A stretch of DNA of 64,000 nucleotides, from the NCBI GenBank assembly GCA_965262815.1, contig OZ253560.1, positions 1,397,514 through 1,461,513 of the forward strand, in the 5' to 3' direction. Below are positions 50,222 through 57,647 of this stretch, piece after piece (the first letter of the stretch is position 1; each line of letters opens with the position of its first letter). The position numbers were made by a program, and so were the translations under genes. Under the pieces are notes generated by a model, which worked only from the letters and a program-made list of their open reading frames with translations, was not told where the DNA came from and did no database searches. The stretch is from a bacterium. GTDB lineage: Bacteria; JAAXHH01.

Positions 50222-50839
50222 TCAATACAAATCGGCCGCAGCCGCGCCGGACCGCAGGATCTCGGGCTCCTCGCCGGTGAGATCTACCACTGTAGAGGGC
50301 TCCGAAACGGTGGCTCCGCCATCCACGATAACGTCCACGACCTTGCCGTAACGGGATTGAATGGTATCGGAGTCGCTCATCGTGGTTCCGTCATCCGCGG
50401 TCGCGATACTGGTACTTAAGACGGGCCGGCCGAGCACCTGTACGATTTCGAGGCATATCCGGTTGTCCGGTACCCGGATACCCACCGTCCGCCGCTTGCC
50501 TATCATGAATTTCGGCACGTCCCTCGAAGCCTCGAGGATGAAGGTATAGGGACCGGGAAGCAAACGCTTCATCATGCGGTAAGACGCGTTGGAGATATTC
50601 TTCGCATACTGGGCGAGATCCTTCAGATCGGCGCATACGAAGCTCAATGGCTTTCCAGCCGGCGCCTGCTTGATCTGGTAGATCCGGTTGATCGCCTTGC
50701 GGTTGAAAATATCGCAGCCCAGGCCATAAACCGTGTCCGTCGGGTAGATGATCACACCGCCCCGGCGCAGTTCTTCGACTATCCGGTCGACATGCCTCTT
50801 CTGGGGATGTTTGGGATGAAGTTGAAGGGTGGTGGCCAT
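50222..50839 (-). CDS. Sua5/YciO/YrdC family protein (YciO-like)
   Basis: YPTDTVYGLGC, LPGPYTFIL, KRRTVGIRVP, PSTVVDL. Confidence 0.88.
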   Translation of the reverse strand: MATTLQLHPKHPQKRHVDRIVEELRRGGVIIYPTDTVYGLGCDIFNRKAINRIYQIKQAPAGKPLSFVCADLKDLAQYAKNISNASYRMMKRLLPGPYTFILEASRDVPKFMIGKRRTVGIRVPDNRICLEIVQVLGRPVLSTSIATADDGTTMSDSDTIQSRYGKVVDVIVDGGATVSEPSTVVDLTGEEPEILRSGAAAADLY

Positions 50840-50845
50840 GGCTGC

Positions 50846-51886
50846 TCAGGAAACGCGGGTCAATACCTTCCTGCAGATGTCAATGGCCCGGTCGACCTGT
50901 TCGGTGCTTACATCGAGGTGGGTAACGGCGCGGATGACGCCGGGTTTCATGGCGATCATTCTGACGCCTTCCTCCGCAAGACGGTCGACGGCCTCGAAGG
51001 GATCGATACCGTCCCGCAGGCTGAAGAAGATCATGTTGCTGTGAATCTCTTCCAGGTCGATCTCGACGGTGTCGAGTTCGGCCAGCGCTTCCGCCAGGCG
51101 ATAGGCGTGGGCGTGATCCTCCGCGAGCCGGGAGATATTGTGCTCCATGGCGTAGAGGCCGGCTGCCGCCAGGACACCCGCCTGACGCATGCCGCCGCCC
51201 AGCATCTTACGGAAATACCTCGCCGCGTCAATCGCGCCCTGGTCACCCGCCAGCACACTGCCGACCGGAGCGCCAAGACCCTTGGACAGGCATACGGAAA
51301 CCGTATCGACGTACCGCGTATAGGTCTGGGCGGTCAGGCCTTTTGCAACGCAGGCGTTAAACAACCGGGCGCCGTCCATGTGGATGCGCAGGTTGTTTGA
51401 CCGCGCGCACTCGCTGACCCGGGAAAGGGCGTCCACGGGCCACGGATATCCCGCGGACTTGTTGTGGGTGTTCTCCACGGCGACCAGTGCCGTCCTTCCG
51501 TAATGGACGTTGTCGCCCCGCTGCATCACTTCATCCATCTGCGCCGGTGTGAATACGCCTCGATCGCCCGTCAACAGCCTGACCTGAACCCCGGAAAGCG
51601 CACCGAGGGCTCCGGCTTCCGCGTTGAACAAGTGGCAGTACCGTTCCGCAATAACGTCATTGCCATGATGCGTCTGCGACCTGACTGCCAGTTGGTTGCC
51701 CTGTGTACCGCTGGTTACGAACAGCCCGGCCTCCTTGCCGAGCATGGCGGCCATGGCTTCTTCCAGCCGGTTGACCGAGGGATCCTCTCCAAAACAATCG
51801 TCGCCGACTTCGGCGTTTGCCATGGCCCGGCGCATGGCAGGCGTAGGCTTGGTCATGGTATCGCTTCGAAGTTCTACGTAACTCAT
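50846..51886 (-). CDS. ltaE: Low-specificity L-threonine aldolase
   Basis: LRSDT, SGTQGN, ENTHN, HMDGAR, CLSKGLGAPVGS. Confidence 0.93.
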   Translation of the reverse strand: MSYVELRSDTMTKPTPAMRRAMANAEVGDDCFGEDPSVNRLEEAMAAMLGKEAGLFVTSGTQGNQLAVRSQTHHGNDVIAERYCHLFNAEAGALGALSGVQVRLLTGDRGVFTPAQMDEVMQRGDNVHYGRTALVAVENTHNKSAGYPWPVDALSRVSECARSNNLRIHMDGARLFNACVAKGLTAQTYTRYVDTVSVCLSKGLGAPVGSVLAGDQGAIDAARYFRKMLGGGMRQAGVLAAAGLYAMEHNISRLAEDHAHAYRLAEALAELDTVEIDLEEIHSNMIFFSLRDGIDPFEAVDRLAEEGVRMIAMKPGVIRAVTHLDVSTEQVDRAIDICRKVLTRVS

Positions 51887-51895
51887 TGAATCTCC

Positions 51896-52336
51896 TCACT
51901 GTCCATACTTGATCATCGTCAAACTGGTACCTTTTTCCGATACGTCGAACTCTACTTCGTCCATGAGAGCTTTGATCATCAAGATCCCTCGGCCATTCTC
52001 CTTGAGCAGATTGTCCGGGTTGCGCGGGTCCGGAAGGGATTCGGGATCGAAGCCACAACCACAGTCGCAGATGTGTATCCGGAATTCGGTCGAACTGCAG
52101 TTGCAGGTGATGGTGACCTGCTTGGATTCGTCGCACTTGTTTCCGTGAAGTATCGCGTTTTTAACCGCTTCGTTCACGGCAACCATGATGTCGCCGCGGA
52201 TTGCCTGGTCGTAGCCGATCCGCGCAGTCAGATCCTCTATACAGCGATCCACTTCCGCTGTCAGGTCGGGATTGCTGGGAATCGTAAGTTCCAGCGTTAC
52301 GCCGTTTCCGGCTGAGTCCTGTTGCCTCTCGACCAT
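51896..52336 (-). CDS. rsbW: RsbW-like anti-sigma factor/HATPase
   Basis: EAVKNAILHGN, D.GCGFD, GRGILMI..LMD. Confidence 0.85.
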   Translation of the reverse strand: MVERQQDSAGNGVTLELTIPSNPDLTAEVDRCIEDLTARIGYDQAIRGDIMVAVNEAVKNAILHGNKCDESKQVTITCNCSSTEFRIHICDCGCGFDPESLPDPRNPDNLLKENGRGILMIKALMDEVEFDVSEKGTSLTMIKYGQ

Positions 52337-53023
52337 GTAGGACGCTCCATGAGGCCGCCACAAGTAATGTCGGTGAACGACCAGTATCCACCCCGGGACA
52401 GGACGCGTCCCGGTACACGGTATCTACATTGCAGATTAAATAAAAGTATGGAGTTGGAGATACCGTGTCAAGTACGGGGAAGGGGATGATGCGGCGACGC
52501 GACTATATCGCTGCGTTATGCTTTTTATGATCCCCCACCCCCATATTTCGTTGTTTCGATACGAGTCACAGGAGTGCAGTGGAGTCCTCCGTTCCATTTC
52601 ATACTCTATAACCATAGGTCGTGCCGTCAATACAACGGGTTCGGATATCTGTGATCTTATGCCCAAGGGGATTTAACCTATAGCAGGCGATCATATTAGC
52701 CGTTAATGTTATTGCCTTTGGCCCACGGTGCGTTTTGCTGCCTTCGCTAAAGTATTCAGTTTACGAAATCTGGCACAACCACTACTTTACGTTTTATCGT
52801 CCATATGATCTTCCAAAACAACTACTTGTTTGAGCAACATCCCCGATTTGTCAAACCCTCGAATGGTTTCATCAAGCGGTATGGGGTCTATTATGACTGA
52901 AGTCATTCCTTACAGGTGAATTGAACGGATGAAATCTGCAGAATCGGACGCCCACTATCGATGCAATTTAAAAAGCGTCGAGGGTCGTATCAGTAAAGCT
53001 AAGGTTGTGGAGGAGTGTGGGCC

Positions 53024-54166
53024 ATGATCAGATCGGGTAACAGACTTTTGATAGTGTTTCTTGTCTGCAGCTTTGTGTTTTTCGCGGTGGCATTGATTGT
53101 GGAGGAGTTCGCGTTATTTGATTCCGACGTGGATGTGCAGCAAAATGGCACATCAGGCGGGGCGTTTGGAATAGAGGATGCAGCAGAAAGCCTGGCATCC
53201 GCTTCGGCCACGGCGAGCGGGGACCAGGTCACGCTCTCGAGCCAGCAGTTCCAACTCGTTTCCACGGCGTTGTCGCCATTCACCAATGTGCCAGGAAAGC
53301 CACGGTTCGCCCTCGATCTGGTCAACGTGGCTCTCGAACGTGTGGGGATCACTGCCACCACGGTAATCGTGGACGAGGCCAGTCTGACGCTTGGTCTTCT
53401 GAGCGGAAAGTTCGACGGAAGCGTGTCACTCTCGATGTATGCGGAGCAAGGACGCGCGCTGGTTTACTCGCAGCCGTATCTCGAGAACAGATTGATCCTC
53501 GTCGGGCGGCAGGGCAGCGACGTGTCTGCGACCTCACTGGCAGACCTCACCGGCATGCGGGTCGCCCTCGTCGCCGGATACGCGTACGGTGAATCGGTCG
53601 AGTTGACGGACGGACCGATCTACGTTGACTCGGACAGCGAAGAGGACAGCGTCTCAAGACTCCTCAACGGCGATGTAGACTACACACTGATGGACGACTT
53701 AGTCATACAGTACCTGGTCAGCAACCACGAAGAAGAAGCTCGAACACGTCTGGCGATCGGTTCGACGCCGCTGCTCACAAGTTCGATACACTTCGCCGTC
53801 CGCCGATCGCTTTCGGATGCCGATTCGATCATCTCGCGGTTCAACGACGAACTGCGCGGCATGATTGTCGACCAAACCTACCATCGCCTGCTCCATCTCG
53901 ACTGGATTCGAACGGATGTCGACAGCGACGGTCGCACGGAGTACGTGCCTCACGATGATCGGCCAGGACCGCAACCGCCAGAGCGTTCTTATGAACTTTT
54001 CGTTTCGGGCGGTCCGCCTGAGGAATCCGGTACGATGCAGCGCTATTACTTCGGAGGCAACATCTACGAAGGGTGGCCGGCCGTACCCGGGCGTTACAAA
54101 GCCCCGGACTCCAGCAGACCCGGACCGCGTCTGCGCACAGTCAATCTCTTCAACTTCACGTGGTAA
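53024..54166 (+). CDS. Family 3 substrate-binding protein with N-terminal anchor
   Basis: YSQPYLENRL, VAGYAYG, LLNGDVDY; C-terminal DVDSDG motif. Confidence 0.75.
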   Translation: MIRSGNRLLIVFLVCSFVFFAVALIVEEFALFDSDVDVQQNGTSGGAFGIEDAAESLASASATASGDQVTLSSQQFQLVSTALSPFTNVPGKPRFALDLVNVALERVGITATTVIVDEASLTLGLLSGKFDGSVSLSMYAEQGRALVYSQPYLENRLILVGRQGSDVSATSLADLTGMRVALVAGYAYGESVELTDGPIYVDSDSEEDSVSRLLNGDVDYTLMDDLVIQYLVSNHEEEARTRLAIGSTPLLTSSIHFAVRRSLSDADSIISRFNDELRGMIVDQTYHRLLHLDWIRTDVDSDGRTEYVPHDDRPGPQPPERSYELFVSGGPPEESGTMQRYYFGGNIYEGWPAVPGRYKAPDSSRPGPRLRTVNLFNFTW

Positions 54167-54358
54167 CAGGTACCGATTCAATGCGCTTTTTGTTACGTGG
54201 TCCTACAGAAGGATCCAGACTCAGGCTACCGTCGCGAGTCGTCAACGGATAGTGGAAACCGGGGTGGAGACGCTCGCTGTGAAATCAGGAAATTCGAGGA
54301 CACCCAGGCACTGTATTAGCCTGGGCCCGTAGCGTGGGGTATTTTGAAAGGAGCTGAT

Positions 54359-55267
54359 ATGCTCGACCATATTGTCGTCCGACTCGTGGTTCATTATTTC
54401 GCCTCATTCCTTTTATTCGGGGCCCTGTGGGAGTTGCTTCCAGGTTTCTTTCTCGAACTTCAAGTGGCTGAGAGGATTGAATCAAGCTCCCTTTCTGCTA
54501 TGAATTTTGAACAATCCGAGGCCGATTCGGGACTGACCCAGGTTTTTGTGCCCGTGACGATGTCGTTGCTGTTTTCGTTTCTCTTTGCCCTGCCCGTGGT
54601 CTGGGTCTATCGCTGGACTCGGCCCCGAAAGAAATACAGTCAAGCCTTTGCCCAGACCCTGCTCGTCGTGCCTATTGCGATTGCCCTCGTCGTGTTTCTC
54701 GTAAAGGACAGTATCGCCCTCGCCTTCAGTATCGCCGGCATTGTCGCCGCGGTTCGCTTCCGCACGTCGTTGAGCGAACCTATGGATGCCACCTATATGT
54801 TCATCGTAATCGGTATCGGATTGGCTGCCGGGATCCAGTACAGTTCAGTGGCGATCCTGGCATCGGTGGCTTTCAACGCCGTCGTGCTTGTCGTCTGGCG
54901 CATGGACTGGGGAGCAGAGCCCGCGGTCCTATCCGGATTCAGGCTGGTGCATTCGGGAAATGCGGGCTCGTCGCCGGGCGTGACCGACGCCCAGACGGGT
55001 AAAAAGCCCAAACCGTTTAACGCCAGCCTCAGGATCCATACGTCGCAGACCGGTGCAGCACAGAAAGCCGCCGAAGCGCTCCTTCCGACCTTTGCTGCGC
55101 GCTGGCAGTTCGCGGGAATCGTAGATCAGAAATTCGAAGATTCGATTGTCGAGTTTGACGTGAGGCTGAAGAAAAAGACGGATCCGGACACGTTCACCGC
55201 AGAGCTTGAAAAGATCACCGAGGGTCATACCGGTAAAGTAGAATTGGAAGAGCGACCTCAGCCTTGA
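54359..55267 (+). CDS. DUF4956 membrane protein
   Basis: SIALAFSIAGIVAAVRFR, D..Y.F..IGIGLAAG. Confidence 0.85.
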   Translation: MLDHIVVRLVVHYFASFLLFGALWELLPGFFLELQVAERIESSSLSAMNFEQSEADSGLTQVFVPVTMSLLFSFLFALPVVWVYRWTRPRKKYSQAFAQTLLVVPIAIALVVFLVKDSIALAFSIAGIVAAVRFRTSLSEPMDATYMFIVIGIGLAAGIQYSSVAILASVAFNAVVLVVWRMDWGAEPAVLSGFRLVHSGNAGSSPGVTDAQTGKKPKPFNASLRIHTSQTGAAQKAAEALLPTFAARWQFAGIVDQKFEDSIVEFDVRLKKKTDPDTFTAELEKITEGHTGKVELEERPQP

Positions 55268-55280
55268 GGAGATATCGAAT

Positions 55281-56309
55281 ATGAGCACCTCGGGCAATAG
55301 ACTACTGACGGTGTTTCTGTTCTTCAGCATGTTGTTTTTTGCGGTGGCATGGTTCACGCAGAAAGATCCGGCGATAGATCCGGATGTGGATATGCAGCAC
55401 AATGACGCATCAGTCGGCGTGTCCGCTATGGAGACCGCGGCGAGTGACTCCGATGTGAAAGCTGAGGCCGAAGCCACCGCCACCCCGGCATCTGCTTCCG
55501 CTTCAATCCAAGAGCGCGGGGACGATCTCACTCTCGGGAGTTACGCTCTCGAAGAACCGGCTCGGCATTTGAAGTTACCGAAGCGGTTGCGGGAGATTTC
55601 CGGCCTGGCCATGCTCCCGGAGAACCGATTCCTCGCTCACGATGACGAACGAGGCGTGGTAGTAGAAATCGATTATCGCGATGGTTCAATTGTAAAGGAC
55701 TTCGCACTCGGCAATAGGCGCGGATCGGTCGCCGACGACTTCGAAGGTATCGCCGCGGCAGATGGTAGGCTATACCTTGTCTCCAGTTCAGGACGGCTAT
55801 ACGAGTTCGGAGAAGGCGACGACGGAGCAACCGTCCTCTACAGTCGGTATGAAACCGAAATTGGACGAGATTACGAGATAGAGGGCCTCGCCTATAACCC
55901 GGACCAACGAGCACTGTTGCTCATCAGCAAAAATCCAAGAAGATCGGGGCAGGAGGATCTGATAGCGATTTATCTCTGGTCTATCGATACCAGGCGGCTC
56001 ATCGAGGATGGCCGTATCCTCATAGAGGCCTCCGCGCTCGCACCCCGTATTGACCGCAAAAGATTCCAACCATCGGGCATAGAACGGCACCCGGTATCAG
56101 GAAACTATTTTGTCGTGGCGGCCCGCCAGCGCGCCGTTGCTGAGATCACCCCACAGGGTACAGTCCTGGCCGTAACCGAACTGTCGACCAGCCAGCATCG
56201 ACAGGCCGAGGGCATTACCTTTGCTTCGGATAATACGATGGTCATAGCCGACGAAGGGGCGGGAAAACGCGCGACCCTGAGTTTCTACCCCGTTGAGAAG
56301 GTACGATAA
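55281..56309 (+). CDS. SdiA-regulated-like (YjiK-like) beta-propeller protein
   Basis: LREISGL, HDDE, DFEGIA, EIEGLAY, FQPSGI, QAEGITF, IADEG. Confidence 0.8.
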   Translation: MSTSGNRLLTVFLFFSMLFFAVAWFTQKDPAIDPDVDMQHNDASVGVSAMETAASDSDVKAEAEATATPASASASIQERGDDLTLGSYALEEPARHLKLPKRLREISGLAMLPENRFLAHDDERGVVVEIDYRDGSIVKDFALGNRRGSVADDFEGIAAADGRLYLVSSSGRLYEFGEGDDGATVLYSRYETEIGRDYEIEGLAYNPDQRALLLISKNPRRSGQEDLIAIYLWSIDTRRLIEDGRILIEASALAPRIDRKRFQPSGIERHPVSGNYFVVAARQRAVAEITPQGTVLAVTELSTSQHRQAEGITFASDNTMVIADEGAGKRATLSFYPVEKVR

Positions 56310-56387
56310 TTGCGAGGATCGAGAGCTGCCCGTCAGATGTTGCATGGACTGTCGGGAATCCCAGGACGGATCAGGCGTCGCGTTGGT

Positions 56388-57575
56388 ATGCAAAGATTAA
56401 GAGCGGTGTGCCACCGGGTCTTCCGACCGGGAATCACGCTTCTCCTGGCGCTGACTGTAGTCCTTGCGGGTTGCCATGCAGGTCGTCTACGCGGGGAGAA
56501 CTACGACGCCAGCGGGGATCCTTTCATCCGGTGGGACCCCCCGGCGGAATCGGTCGCTGCCGACTCTATAGACACGGCCCGGGTCGCCTATAGGGTCATC
56601 CTGGCTGGAGACACCGGGGAGCCGGTTCCGCAGGATCCCACGCTTGCTGCAATCGGGCGCTGGGCGATTCCGCAGGACCGTGCCGCCGTCGTGCTGCTGG
56701 GCGACAACCTCTACCCTTCGGGGCTAAAGGCGGATGACCGCGCCAGGGGCGAAGCCATTCTGCGCCAGCAACTCGAGGTGACCTCGGCACTTCGGATTTT
56801 CGTGCCAGGCAACCACGACTGGGGTTCCTCTCCGCGAGACTGGACGGGACAACGTGTCATCGCACAGCAGGAGTTCGTACTGGCCTGGCCGGAGGGCGAC
56901 GTGGATTTCCTGCCCCGTGATGGATGTCCAGGTCCGGCCGTCCGCGAGTTGCTACGGCCCGGGGACGGGATGGAGCGGGGAATCGCGGTCGTGGCCATCG
57001 ACTGGATGCCCTGGTTCTCTGAGGTTGCCGACAACAGCACGTGCCCGAAGGGGGATTTTCAGGCACGGATTGATGATGTTTTCGCGGACCTTAAAAAGCA
57101 TTATGTGATCGTGGCGAGTCATTATCCGTTGCGCTCGGCTGGTGCCCGAGCCGACTTGGGTCGCGGGATGATCATCGACAGCTTAACTAACCTGTATCAT
57201 ATGCTGCGTCCTCGATCTCATCTCAATCTGTTCCACCCGGAATACATTCCCCTCGCAGGACAGGTTAAAAACGCGCTCGAAAGACACAGGCCACTCGTCT
57301 ATGCTGCAGGACATGATCACAGCCTGCAACTATTCGAGGCAGACGAAGTCGCCCGGATGCACATCGTGAGCGGGGCTGGTTCCACGGGCAAAGTGTCGCG
57401 CGTCACCGACCTGGCGAGTACGATCTTCGCCCACGCGATTCCAGGTTTCGTAGTGCTGGATTTCGTTACCTTCGACGGAATCGATACCCCCGTCGTGCGC
57501 GTCGTGAGAACAGGTCAGGAAACACCCGTGTTCCAGATGCGCATTCCGCCGCAGGATGACTGGAATGGCAGATAG
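56388..57575 (+). CDS. Calcineurin-like metallophosphoesterase, predicted lipoprotein
   Basis: LAGC lipobox; GDTG, GDNLY, GNHD, HYP, GHDH. Confidence 0.88.
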   Translation: MQRLRAVCHRVFRPGITLLLALTVVLAGCHAGRLRGENYDASGDPFIRWDPPAESVAADSIDTARVAYRVILAGDTGEPVPQDPTLAAIGRWAIPQDRAAVVLLGDNLYPSGLKADDRARGEAILRQQLEVTSALRIFVPGNHDWGSSPRDWTGQRVIAQQEFVLAWPEGDVDFLPRDGCPGPAVRELLRPGDGMERGIAVVAIDWMPWFSEVADNSTCPKGDFQARIDDVFADLKKHYVIVASHYPLRSAGARADLGRGMIIDSLTNLYHMLRPRSHLNLFHPEYIPLAGQVKNALERHRPLVYAAGHDHSLQLFEADEVARMHIVSGAGSTGKVSRVTDLASTIFAHAIPGFVVLDFVTFDGIDTPVVRVVRTGQETPVFQMRIPPQDDWNGR

Positions 57576-57647
57576 CCCGCCAACCTTGAACGTCTCAACA
57601 TCTATCCTCGTCGATCATATCCCGGTTGGGAAACCACGCAGTCACCA

